The translations under genes and the position numbers were made by a program. From Candidatus Peregrinibacteria bacterium (GTDB lineage: Bacteria; Patescibacteriota; Gracilibacteria; UM-FILTER-43-11), in NCBI GenBank assembly GCA_016932505.1, contig JAFGCT010000007.1, forward strand, positions 8,625-48,624: a DNA stretch of 40,000 nt, read 5' to 3'. A model generated the notes under the pieces. The model was given only the letters and a program-made list of their open reading frames with translations, searched no databases and was not told where the DNA came from. Positions 25,085 to 34,339 of this stretch are shown in pieces (positions within the stretch are counted from its first letter, which is position 1; every line of letters starts with the position of its first letter).

Positions 25085-25222
25085 TTAACTGTAATTTATG
25101 TAATTACTGTTATGAAAATTATTTTAATACGATTATTAACTGAACATTACAAGTTGGAATTTATGGATTGTTGATAATCATAGACAGAATCAATTCAATC
25201 ACATAAATCACAGTTCAGACAA
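25085..25222. repeat. Palindromic intergenic element, about 138 bp, same family
   Basis: The degenerate left terminus tcttaactgtaatttatgtaatt faces the right terminus aatcacataaatcacagttcagacaa (17-mer at 25206-25222). Confidence 0.85.
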
Positions 25223-25306
25223 AAGAATCTCAAATCACAAATGAAAAATTCTCTTGACTTTTGTGTACCAACGTATTAACATATTAACACATTAAAACAC
25301 TTTGAT

Positions 25307-25630
25307 ATGAAATTGGAAAGGGACCTTACAAAAAATCCGGGATTCAAAAAGCTCTGCAAAGGGTTTGCATCATTGAATGATGAAAAGTCAGTCGCTGCAC
25401 TATTACGCGACGTTTGCACTATAAATGAACTTATAGAAATGAGTGGAAGAATTGAGGCAGCAAGCTTAATTAAACAGGGGCTTTCTTATCGTGTAATAAA
25501 TAAAAAAACAGGCGTAAGTACTACAACAATAACACGTATAGCTAATTGGATGAATCATGGAATGGGCGGTTATGAATTAGCCCTTGGTCACCATCACCAT
25601 AACTCAAAAAGTCTGACAGCAAGAAGTTAG
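25307..25630 (+). CDS. TrpR-like YerC/YecD-family DNA-binding protein
   Basis: LLRDVCTINELIEMSGRIEAASLIKQGLSYRVINKKTGVSTTTITRIANWMNHGMGGYELAL matches the YerC/YecD pattern. Confidence 0.85.
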   Translation: MKLERDLTKNPGFKKLCKGFASLNDEKSVAALLRDVCTINELIEMSGRIEAASLIKQGLSYRVINKKTGVSTTTITRIANWMNHGMGGYELALGHHHHNSKSLTARS

Positions 25631-25654
25631 TCATTTATTATTAATAGTTTAACT

Positions 25655-25684
25655 CCTTCCTGTCAGTCAGGAAGGGGCTTTTTT
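25655..25684 (+). terminator. Rho-independent terminator
   Basis: ccttcctg-tcagt-caggaagg followed by ggctttttt. Confidence 0.8.
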
Positions 25685-25764
25685 GTTCGGTATATTACCG
25701 AATCAAGATCCGTTATTACGGATTTCCATAATGGAAAAGCTATTAACACAATCGGAGAAATAAA

Positions 25765-26019
25765 ATGGACAGATATGATGAACTACTACAACGCATCGAA
25801 GAAAATAGGCAATTGGAAGTCAACATTATAAACAACAGCACCGTATTGCTGACTCAGAACAGAATAGCAGTTTTTGCCTGCTGTATAAAAGGACGCGAAC
25901 AAGAGTTTAATAAGTTCATAACCGGAAAACGCATGGTCAGCTCCGGTCCCCTTGGAATAATGACAATGGGGATAAGAAACGCCGATATCATTATCAATGA
26001 AGCAAAACTATACCCCTGA
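25765..26019 (+). CDS. Hypothetical protein (84 aa)
   Basis: ORF with ggaga 8 nt upstream of the ATG. No recognisable motif. Confidence 0.55.
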   Translation: MDRYDELLQRIEENRQLEVNIINNSTVLLTQNRIAVFACCIKGREQEFNKFITGKRMVSSGPLGIMTMGIRNADIIINEAKLYP

Positions 26020-26134
26020 ATCCATCTTTTTTCCTCCGAACCCCCTCCCCCACAAGACCCTTACGACATATATCGTTTGGGTCTTCGTTCTATCTATCAG
26101 TTTTATTGTAGTATTACTAATCGTCGTATAAAAT

Positions 26135-26167
26135 AATCTTGTAATCTTGTAATAGATAATCTTGTAA
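26135..26167. repeat. Three copies of aatcttgta(a) upstream of the 26179 gene
   Basis: aatcttgtaatcttgtaatagataatcttgtaa, read directly. Confidence 0.85.
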
Positions 26168-26178
26168 TAAATATTGCT

Positions 26179-26514
26179 ATGAAGAAAATAATTCCTAGTA
26201 CCAGCGAACTTATAAAAAAGCATAATAATTATATCGCTAAGTTTAAGAATGATAAGAATTTTGAGAAAGCCCATGCAAAAGCACTCAAAACTTTAAAACA
26301 TGAAAGACTCGTTCATTTGATTGTTACAATAGCAGTTACCGTTTTCTGTTTAACATTCTTTGCGCTTTATCTATTCTTTGCGATATTTATGCTGTTAGTA
26401 ACATTTATAATACTTGTAATCCTTACACTCGCTTACTACATATATTATTTCAAACTGGAAAATACAGTGATTAAATGGGAAAAGATTGAATATGATAAAA
26501 CAAAGAAAAAGTAA
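26179..26514 (+). CDS. Small membrane protein with two TM helices (hypothetical)
   Basis: LVHLIVTIAVTVFCLTFFALYLFFAIFMLLVTFIILVILTLAYYIYY. Confidence 0.55.
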   Translation: MKKIIPSTSELIKKHNNYIAKFKNDKNFEKAHAKALKTLKHERLVHLIVTIAVTVFCLTFFALYLFFAIFMLLVTFIILVILTLAYYIYYFKLENTVIKWEKIEYDKTKKK

Positions 26515-26575
26515 TTTGACGTACTTCATAAAACATAATATAATTACCTCTAATTTAAATTATCATTAAATTAAT

Positions 26576-26845
26576 ATGGTAGAAAAAGAACAACAAAAAG
26601 TTGAAGTTGATGTAAAACCAGCAGAACAGCCAACTAGAGAAAATGGAATTTCGGATTTAGTAATAGCGTACAGAAATAGATATCCTCGTATGCATGGGAA
26701 TGATCCTGAAGAAATCATTTCTAAAGAAAGACCATTCTTTGCGTGGAACCCGTTACCAGATGATGAAGGAGATGAAAATAAAGAAGGAGAAGATGAGGGG
26801 GTAGATGATTTACCTTACCCAGGATATGTTCAGATATTAGACTAA
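26576..26845 (+). CDS. Hypothetical small acidic protein (89 aa)
   Basis: ORF only. The C-terminal half is acidic (DDEGDENKEGEDEGVDD). Confidence 0.45.
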   Translation: MVEKEQQKVEVDVKPAEQPTRENGISDLVIAYRNRYPRMHGNDPEEIISKERPFFAWNPLPDDEGDENKEGEDEGVDDLPYPGYVQILD

Positions 26846-26853
26846 AACCCTAA

Positions 26854-27765
26854 TTAGCCAAGCATTTTCCTTACTTTATACACAAAAAACCAAAAAGGAC
26901 GTAAGACCAACTCCTTTGCTTTTGGGTAATTTACCACTTCGCCACCGAATTTCTTTTTAAAACTTGTAACCCCAAGCCATGGATGACTTTTTGCTCCTTC
27001 GGGCGCAATCCCAAGGAAGTCATAGTATTTGCACCCTCTTTTTTTCGCTTCTTTCATAGCTGTCCACTGAACAAGATAAGAAGCCATTACATTTCGATAG
27101 TTATATTCGGAAGCACCATAGTAATAAATCCCCCACTCGTCTAAATATACAAAAATACCACCCGCTATAACTCTATCTTCATAGGTGGCGAGTAGTAATT
27201 GAGCATTTTCGCCCAATGTTTCCATCATTGTTTTATAATATGACTTTGGATGCACTCCGAATCCATCACGATTAGCAGTTTTTGCAAGAACTTCATAAAA
27301 AGCGTCTATATTGTCACTTGGCTCTACGCTGACATTATGACGCTCTGCGACCTTTATATTATACCGCCCCTTTTGTTTCATTGCTTCAAGAATAGCCTCC
27401 TCATCAAGGGTTAAATCCATTATGAGTGAAGTTTCAGGGTGATAATCAGATGAAGCATCCTTTAAACGAGCATCTTTTAAATTCATTTCATCATAAGGCG
27501 AAAAACGAACGAATACCGATTGCTCTTTTACCGCTAACTCTTCAATTTTCTTTACAATATCAGCAAAATTCTTCTGATCCTTACATAATGGCCCCCTTGG
27601 AACCTCAAGCCAGTTAAGTTTAAAAGGCATTTCATGTTTAACAACGAGCGCAGATGCAAAATCCGTTTCAATCATCCAGGTCTTACGACCATTTGCTTTT
27701 TGTAGCTTATCCCAAAGCGGATGTTGCCACAAACTTCTACGTTTAAAATTGTTCCAGTTATTCAT
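26854..27765 (-). CDS. FemAB-family peptidoglycan interpeptide-bridge aminoacyltransferase (FemX-like)
   Basis: WQHPLW...LEVPRGP...GGIFVYLDEWGIYYYGAS...YLVQWTAMKEAKKRGCKYYDFLGI is the typical FemAB pattern. The start is either the ATG at 27780 or, preferred here, the ATG at 27765. Confidence 0.85.
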   Translation of the reverse strand: MNNWNNFKRRSLWQHPLWDKLQKANGRKTWMIETDFASALVVKHEMPFKLNWLEVPRGPLCKDQKNFADIVKKIEELAVKEQSVFVRFSPYDEMNLKDARLKDASSDYHPETSLIMDLTLDEEAILEAMKQKGRYNIKVAERHNVSVEPSDNIDAFYEVLAKTANRDGFGVHPKSYYKTMMETLGENAQLLLATYEDRVIAGGIFVYLDEWGIYYYGASEYNYRNVMASYLVQWTAMKEAKKRGCKYYDFLGIAPEGAKSHPWLGVTSFKKKFGGEVVNYPKAKELVLRPFWFFVYKVRKMLG

Positions 27766-27872
27766 AACACAACATAGCATAATGCTATGAAAAATATTTT
27801 ACAACTTGTTTTTTACCAGACATCAAATACACCTATATTCAAGCGCTACAATCACAAATCAAAAAACACAAA

Positions 27873-28460
27873 TCACAATTTTACTTCCCCATCCGCAAAC
27901 ATCTGAATCACCTTCGGATACCACTCTTTTTCAAGCGTTTGGACTTTTGCTTTTAAGGTTTCTGGCGTATCTTCGGGGCTAACCTCAACTGATTTTTGGA
28001 CAACAATAGGACCGGCATCCAAATCATCCGTTACGATATGTATTGTCATTCCACTTTCCTTTTCACCGGCATCTATTACAGCCTTATGAACATCTAAATT
28101 CATACCCCCTGCATATTTTGGAAGTAAACTAGGATGAACATTAATTATTCGATTTTTAAATTCTTTTACTGTTTCTGAACCAATTATCTTCATATAACCG
28201 CCAAGAACGACCAAATCAACTTCAAAATACTTTAAAGTATCCAAAACGGACCGCTCATATGCCTCAGGAGTAAGTTCCTTTGCATTATAAAAATAAACTT
28301 TGATTCCATTATCTCTGGCTTTCTGCGCCGCTCCGCAATCGGCTTTATTCGTTATAAGGCAGGTGATTTCAACATTAGAAAGTTCTCCTCGTGCCTTAGC
28401 ATCGAGTATTGATTGAAAATTTGTCCCATTTGTAGATGAAAGGACTGCAATTTTAAACAT
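27873..28460 (-). CDS. purN: Phosphoribosylglycinamide formyltransferase
   Basis: IAVLSSTNGTNFQSI...INVHPSLLPKYAGG...GMTIHIVTDDLDAGPI. Confidence 0.93.
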   Translation of the reverse strand: MFKIAVLSSTNGTNFQSILDAKARGELSNVEITCLITNKADCGAAQKARDNGIKVYFYNAKELTPEAYERSVLDTLKYFEVDLVVLGGYMKIIGSETVKEFKNRIINVHPSLLPKYAGGMNLDVHKAVIDAGEKESGMTIHIVTDDLDAGPIVVQKSVEVSPEDTPETLKAKVQTLEKEWYPKVIQMFADGEVKL

Positions 28461-28555
28461 AATAACTAAATTAAATTACATATTCATTCTAAATCACAAT
28501 TCAAAAATCACAAATCACAAATTCAAAGTTTTTTCGCTTTTTGTAATGGTATATT

Positions 28556-31500
28556 TTAAGCTACCTGATTTAATGGGAATAAAATGCCTGCTATTTCCAA
28601 CATGGTATCAGGGCCATGTCTATTTTCTCCTGTTGATCTTCGACCAACTACCCTGCTTATAAATCCAATTCCGCCTCCATACATTCCAAAATTCATTGCC
28701 TGAAATTCCTTAAAGGTCATACTTAATAAATCCTCTCTAGTGTAAATACCATTTTCATTCATATACATAACATATTTTTGTTTTTGCTCCTCAGGCGATA
28801 AAATTTTAATTCCGCACTTTTTAATAAAATCTTCAAGCACTATATGATTAAGCTTTTCCTTAACTTTTTCACCTGTTACATATTTAACAAAATCCCTTCC
28901 TTTTCCAATATTATCAAAAGTGGTATTTTTAAACCACTCTGTGCCAAAAGTTCTTAAATCATCATCATCATTTACTCCAACTTTGGACAATGCCTTTTGA
29001 ACAAAGTTATAAGAAAGCTCTTGCATACTTAATTCCTCAGCAACCTTTTCTAGATCAGACACAAGCATAGTGGCATGTATTGGAAAACCAAGCGCCTTTG
29101 AAACATCACGTCCCGTACCAAAGGGTTCAAATGTAGCACCAGCAAACCAGTTTACACCTTTATGCATAAGCATCTTTTTATCGTAAACACTGCAAATTCT
29201 AAGTCCTGCTCTCATTCTAATCTTTACTTCACGCATTGTAATCTCAGGAAAATCCAATTGATTTCCAATAAGAGTAAGTACGCCTTTCGTTGAACTATGA
29301 GCCACCCCTGTCACCGCCTTAGCAAATCTCTTCCATGTTTTATACTTACCAAAGTTCTGTTCTTTAAAATATCCAACCCCTCTATAAATCAAATCAATTC
29401 TGTCATTGATATTAATACTCTTAAGAATATCCTTAAACTCTAATTTTTGATCCTGAGTTAATTCTATAAGGCTAAATCTACTTTCACCATCATCTAATTT
29501 TTCCATAAATTTTACCGATTCATCATCCTCAGAAAAACCAAGCTGATCAGCAATTAAAATAAGAGTACTTCTTGCAACACGTTTAAAAGAAATACCTGTA
29601 ACCGCTTTAGCAAATGCAGTAGATTTTCCATATTTACCAAAATTCTGTCTTTTAAAATACATAACCTCCTTATTAAGAAAATCAGACCTGCGATTAAAAC
29701 CAATAGCACTAAGAATTCCTCTAAATTCCTCAATTTGTTCAGGGGTTAATTCAATTCTCTTATTAGGCTCTTCAATTTTTCTTCTAACCGCCTCCCACTT
29801 TTCACCGTCAGAAGAAAAATTCAACTGATCAGCAACCAGAAAAAGAGCTTTTCTACTAACATCCCTAAAGCTAACACCTGTAACAGCCTTGATAAACGCC
29901 CTTGCCTTACCATATTTACCAAAATCCTGTTCCTCAAAATATTCGATACCTTTGCCGATAAGATCAGCTCTATCTTCAATACCTACATTTATAAGGATTC
30001 CTCTAAATTCCTCAATTTGTTCAGGAGTTAATTCAATTATTTGATTACGCTCATCTATCGTTCTTCTATATTTTTTCTGTTGCATTGCCATTGATATATC
30101 CGCTAAATGCAAATCTAAGATTTCAAATAATTCATACAAGTTCACTAGATTAACAACACCCTCAATATTTCTGTTTAAAACAAAACTTGCGAATTGAGTC
30201 GGATTTTCAAAAGGAGGAAAATCACTATGAAGAAATTCATTATAAGATTCCATTGGGGTCATCTCTTTGCTAACTTTCATATTATTCAACAAAATTCTCC
30301 TACAAATTTCATTTTGTTTTTCTGAATCATTCAATTCAATTTCATCTTCAATTAATTTTGAATGCTCTTCCAAAAAAGCAGATCTGAAATCTAAGCTACA
30401 TTCATTTTCTTCTTCAGAGTTTTGAGTTCTTTTAAGATTACTTAAAATCTCTTCTACTTCATTATATAAATCCTCATGAAGTTCAACCTCCAATACTCTT
30501 AATATCTCTGCAAGCTCAGACTTTTTAACTGTATTATAGATAGTCCTTCCTAATACAAAACTAGCAAAGGTAATAGGGTCTCCATATGGATCAAAATTAC
30601 TATTCAGAAACAAACTTCTTATATCGGTCAGCCTCTTGCATTCTTGTAACTCCATATTGCTAAGCAAAACATCTCTATAAAAAATTGTTTGTCTTTTCGG
30701 ATTCTCATCCAAACCAATTTCATCACTAATAATTTCCATATCATCTTCACCCAATTTTGTATCAAAACCAAATATTGATTCTCCAAAATCTTTAAAACTA
30801 GCATTTAAAGGCAAATTAGCTTCTTCTTTTCTATGAATCCAAAAATATCTTCTAAGAGCTTTCCAGTGATACACCCCTCTCTCATTAAACCATGATTTAT
30901 AAATATCCATTTCTAAATCAATTGTAAGAGGGTCCATACCAACATATTCAGCAATTTTATTTAAAGAACCTTTAAAATTTATTGGGTTTAAATTAGGAAT
31001 AACCTCCTGAAAAAAAGTTGTTTCCTGAAGCATTTTAGTTCCTTTTGTATACAATGAATTTGTATCAAATATTCCATAAGACTCTAATACCTCCAAACAC
31101 CTAACGCGCTTTTCATGAGATTGATCAGGAATGGGCAAAAGATCTACGACATCCTGAAATTTAGAATCAGAAATTTTCTTAACTTCCTTTCCTAATACAG
31201 CTGTAGCCAAGTGATGTGGTGATTCAAAAGGAGAATAATCACCTTCTAAAAAACCCTCCACACCACCGTTAAGCACATCAATCTTATTCGCATTAGGATA
31301 ATTAACATGCATTATATCAATCAAAAGTTGTCTTATATTGAATACCTCATCTGCAAATTGACCTACAAGCTTTTCCATCTCCTCAACAACCTCTGGATAA
31401 ACATCAATTAAGTGGGAATCCCCCAAGGTAATATTAATAGCACTTCTAAAATCCTCACTAACAATTTCCATACCATTTACCTTATAATAATGCTCAACAA

Positions 31501-31633
31501 CGGTAGAAAGTCTCTTTCTAAACTTATCCACAAAGAAATTTACCCCTTTCGGATTAACCTCTGAGGCAACGTATTGTTCAAAATCAGAGAGATAGCTATC
31601 TTGTATCGATTTTATGGAAAAAGGGATAGACAA
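28556..31633 (-). CDS. Large cytoplasmic repeat protein (1025 aa) with at least 9 copies of an unassigned F-x-P-[YF]-G-x-G...[LT]-G module
   Basis: Module cores are FDPYGDPITFASFVLG, FPPFENPTQFASFVLN, FGKYGKARAFIKAVTG, FGKYGKSTAFAKAVTG, FEPFGTGRDVSKALG, FDNIGKGRDFVKYVTG and FGMYGGGIGFISRVVG. No signal peptide or TM helix. Confidence 0.85.
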   Translation of the reverse strand: MSIPFSIKSIQDSYLSDFEQYVASEVNPKGVNFFVDKFRKRLSTVVEHYYKVNGMEIVSEDFRSAINITLGDSHLIDVYPEVVEEMEKLVGQFADEVFNIRQLLIDIMHVNYPNANKIDVLNGGVEGFLEGDYSPFESPHHLATAVLGKEVKKISDSKFQDVVDLLPIPDQSHEKRVRCLEVLESYGIFDTNSLYTKGTKMLQETTFFQEVIPNLNPINFKGSLNKIAEYVGMDPLTIDLEMDIYKSWFNERGVYHWKALRRYFWIHRKEEANLPLNASFKDFGESIFGFDTKLGEDDMEIISDEIGLDENPKRQTIFYRDVLLSNMELQECKRLTDIRSLFLNSNFDPYGDPITFASFVLGRTIYNTVKKSELAEILRVLEVELHEDLYNEVEEILSNLKRTQNSEEENECSLDFRSAFLEEHSKLIEDEIELNDSEKQNEICRRILLNNMKVSKEMTPMESYNEFLHSDFPPFENPTQFASFVLNRNIEGVVNLVNLYELFEILDLHLADISMAMQQKKYRRTIDERNQIIELTPEQIEEFRGILINVGIEDRADLIGKGIEYFEEQDFGKYGKARAFIKAVTGVSFRDVSRKALFLVADQLNFSSDGEKWEAVRRKIEEPNKRIELTPEQIEEFRGILSAIGFNRRSDFLNKEVMYFKRQNFGKYGKSTAFAKAVTGISFKRVARSTLILIADQLGFSEDDESVKFMEKLDDGESRFSLIELTQDQKLEFKDILKSININDRIDLIYRGVGYFKEQNFGKYKTWKRFAKAVTGVAHSSTKGVLTLIGNQLDFPEITMREVKIRMRAGLRICSVYDKKMLMHKGVNWFAGATFEPFGTGRDVSKALGFPIHATMLVSDLEKVAEELSMQELSYNFVQKALSKVGVNDDDDLRTFGTEWFKNTTFDNIGKGRDFVKYVTGEKVKEKLNHIVLEDFIKKCGIKILSPEEQKQKYVMYMNENGIYTREDLLSMTFKEFQAMNFGMYGGGIGFISRVVGRRSTGENRHGPDTMLEIAGILFPLNQVA
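29182..30037 (-). repeat. Three tandem intragenic repeats of 282-288 bp (94-96 aa)
   Basis: The modules begin IELTPEQIEEFRGIL (30037), IELTPEQIEEFRGIL (29755) and IELTQDQKLEFKDIL (29467). DNA-level identity is visible, for example ttcctctaaattcctcaatttgttcagg. Confidence 0.9.
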
Positions 31634-31751
31634 TAGAAAAACAGATAAAAATTAGGGTATATAATATACTAATTATAAAATTATGCAAGAATAATTTGAC
31701 ATAATAAGAAAATAGATATAAAATAACCCCCTAATTTTTAATAATAAAGTT

Positions 31752-32045
31752 ATGCCCGAAAATTTTGATACAAATGGTGTGGTCTCATTATTGGATCAGA
31801 ACGATACCATATATGTTCAATTTCCAAAAAGATTAGTTGAAGGACTTAATCCAGAAACATTTGTTAATTTAAGGAAATCATTAGCCAAAGCTCTTGATAA
31901 TCGCACAATACCGCATTTAGATGCTGACTTGATTACTTTAGAAGAAGGCATTTCTGTTAATCGGAGTTTAACAAAATTCGCGCCTGCAATTATCGCATTA
32001 CTAAAAGGTGAAATTTCCAGTATTGACGAATACAGACAAAATTAA
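31752..32045 (+). CDS. Hypothetical protein (97 aa) on the opposite strand, between the two repeat-protein genes
   Basis: ORF only. It exactly fills the gap between the paralogs. Confidence 0.5.
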   Translation: MPENFDTNGVVSLLDQNDTIYVQFPKRLVEGLNPETFVNLRKSLAKALDNRTIPHLDADLITLEEGISVNRSLTKFAPAIIALLKGEISSIDEYRQN

Positions 32046-32055
32046 TCATCATCTC

Positions 32056-33555
32056 CTAAACAAACAAATACTCAGATATCTCGCTTAAAACAGCAAGGTT
32101 TACTGTTGGAAATTTTTTTCCTAATATTTCGCGGGCAAATCGGATTCCCTTTCCATATGGAGGGAATCCAGTACGTCTAAACCATCTGGTTCCTTTTTTA
32201 AACAATTCTTCAGAGCTAAAAACTCCTGCATTAGCTAGCACTTCTAAATAAGAAGTCTTTCTATCAGGATACTCCAGCTTATCGGCTACCTCGTGAAGAA
32301 GTGAATATGTTATATCCCCACAGGCTTGTCCCAGAATAAGTGCAAACAATGCCCTGCCTTTTCCATATGGCGGAAAGTCAGTATCTGTATACCAAGTTGT
32401 TGTTTTAGACATAAGGGTATTTCTATCCACAATGCCAAATGAGCTCAAAATATTTCTGTACTTTTGAAAAATTTCTTGTTTGTCCGGTTTTTTAAAACCC
32501 ATTTTAACCGCGACTTTTTCCAAAGTCGGGATTAATATAGAACCACATGGTTCACCTAATATAACCGCAAAAAACATACCTGCTTTTCCGATAGGGCTGA
32601 AATCCGCATCTGAACTCCTGTACCAATTAACAGGTTTTGCCATAAGGGTTTCATAGTTAAAAATACCGTGTCTGGCAAAAAGCAATTCATAATATTCCAA
32701 AGAATTTGCTGTTTCATTTATATCATCTTTATTATAAACATCAGGCAGATCCAATTCATCAGCTATTATATTAAGATCATACACATCCAGCCCATTCACA
32801 CCACCGGCAGGTCGCTCGCCAAGTGCCACCGATGCAATACTAAGTCCGCTTCCAAAAGGTGGAAATTGCATTTCGGCAAATCCTTTTATTGTTAACTGCT
32901 TTAAAGTTTTTTTATCGACTATACCTTTTTGCATTAAAGCTAAACGTAATCTTCTTTTTGTCTCTTCCGAAAAATCAGGAAATTGCAAAACCTTCATCAT
33001 CTCATCTATATGGAGTAAAGAAAGTTTTTTTATTCTACATCCCAAAACTTTTGAAACAAATTCTGTACCATTTTCATAAGGAGGAATCGGCTCATTCCTA
33101 AATTGGCCTAAGAATTTTTTTGGATCCCTCATTAACAGCAATGTCCTTTTATCAAAAATGAAATATTTATCAGCTAATAATTTCCTATATCCAGCTAGAA
33201 CTTCATTCTTTAAAAGTACTTCAGTTTGCCTGTTTTTATGCAACCCAAAAAACTCTCTTTGAAATTGTTCACGAATAATATCAATTACAACAAAGGCGTC
33301 TTCGTATATTTCACGAAAAGGAGAAACAGGTAAAGAAGACTCCAAGCCAACACTAAAAGAATCATAATCAACAGAATTCCCATTTATCTTATTCACCTCA
33401 CTCGTTACTTTTTGAACAATATTGCGAAAATGCGGTATAAGTATATTGGATACACGACTGTGATCAGTTTCATCAGGATAAACTTCAGAAAGACCACTTA
33501 GAAGGGCCTCTTCATATTTTTTTAAGATAACCGAATAAGAAGTAGAGGGTTGCAT
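32056..33555 (-). CDS. Shorter paralog of the repeat protein (499 aa, 5 modules)
   Basis: Module cores are IPPYENGTEFVSKVLG, FPPFGSGLSIASVALG, FSPIGKAGMFFAVILG, FPPYGKGRALFALILG and FPPYGKGIRFAREILG. The N-terminal region of about 110 aa has the same layout as in the 1025-aa protein. Confidence 0.85.
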   Translation of the reverse strand: MQPSTSYSVILKKYEEALLSGLSEVYPDETDHSRVSNILIPHFRNIVQKVTSEVNKINGNSVDYDSFSVGLESSLPVSPFREIYEDAFVVIDIIREQFQREFFGLHKNRQTEVLLKNEVLAGYRKLLADKYFIFDKRTLLLMRDPKKFLGQFRNEPIPPYENGTEFVSKVLGCRIKKLSLLHIDEMMKVLQFPDFSEETKRRLRLALMQKGIVDKKTLKQLTIKGFAEMQFPPFGSGLSIASVALGERPAGGVNGLDVYDLNIIADELDLPDVYNKDDINETANSLEYYELLFARHGIFNYETLMAKPVNWYRSSDADFSPIGKAGMFFAVILGEPCGSILIPTLEKVAVKMGFKKPDKQEIFQKYRNILSSFGIVDRNTLMSKTTTWYTDTDFPPYGKGRALFALILGQACGDITYSLLHEVADKLEYPDRKTSYLEVLANAGVFSSEELFKKGTRWFRRTGFPPYGKGIRFAREILGKKFPTVNLAVLSEISEYLFV

Positions 33556-33613
33556 AACAAAAAATTAGGTCTAATTATCACATAATTAAAACAATTAAGC
33601 AAGGCCAATAGAA

Positions 33614-34339
33614 CTACAACCCCTTTAAACGATCATTGTAAAAATTTCTATATATACACTCTTTTGGGCTGATGAAATAATCATCTTCTGTAAATTCCTC
33701 ATCGGTAAACTTTGCTTTAAAATCACGAACAATAACAAATGGAACAGAAGCATTAGTTTCACCCATTTCAAGATTAGCTGCGCTGGACAGATTATCCGCA
33801 ACAGCTATTTTAGTATATTTCATCGGTCGGCGAAAAAGGTCTTTTGAGCCCACTTCATCCTGAACACCATAAAAACCAGCCCAGCCAATTGCAATACCAG
33901 AAGTACCCATACGAAGAGGCTGACAATGTGAATCACTAATTACAATTCCAAGTTTTTTAAGTTTAAACTTTTTCATCAACGTATCCCTAATCTGATCTGC
34001 AAAAACAAAAGGTTTCTCCGGCCATAATATTGCTTTGCCTTTCGGAACATTGGAGTTATCGATACCTGCATTAGGAATAAGTATTTTGTTTTTCAAAGTA
34101 ATGACCATTTCACCTTCATCCAAAACAGAATCTGCTTCCTTTTTTATAAGTGCAACAAACTCTTCTCTATTTGCTGAATCAACAAGTCTCCCCTGACTAT
34201 AAGCAAGAACCTTTGAGGCTATTACCAAAATATCCTTATTTTTAATCTCTTCTTTTTTAGAGCTCAGGGCGTCTAACAACTTTTGGATTAAGTCGTTTTC
34301 GAATTGGACCCGTTCGCTTTTTAGGGGTATCAGTTCCAT
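33614..34339 (-). CDS. CofE-like protein (F420-0:gamma-glutamyl ligase family)
   Basis: ILVIASKVLAYSQGR...IPNAGIDNSN...GIVISDSHCQPLRMGTSGIAIGWAG...NLSSAANLEMGETNASVPFVIVR. Confidence 0.8.
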   Translation of the reverse strand: MELIPLKSERVQFENDLIQKLLDALSSKKEEIKNKDILVIASKVLAYSQGRLVDSANREEFVALIKKEADSVLDEGEMVITLKNKILIPNAGIDNSNVPKGKAILWPEKPFVFADQIRDTLMKKFKLKKLGIVISDSHCQPLRMGTSGIAIGWAGFYGVQDEVGSKDLFRRPMKYTKIAVADNLSSAANLEMGETNASVPFVIVRDFKAKFTDEEFTEDDYFISPKECIYRNFYNDRLKGL

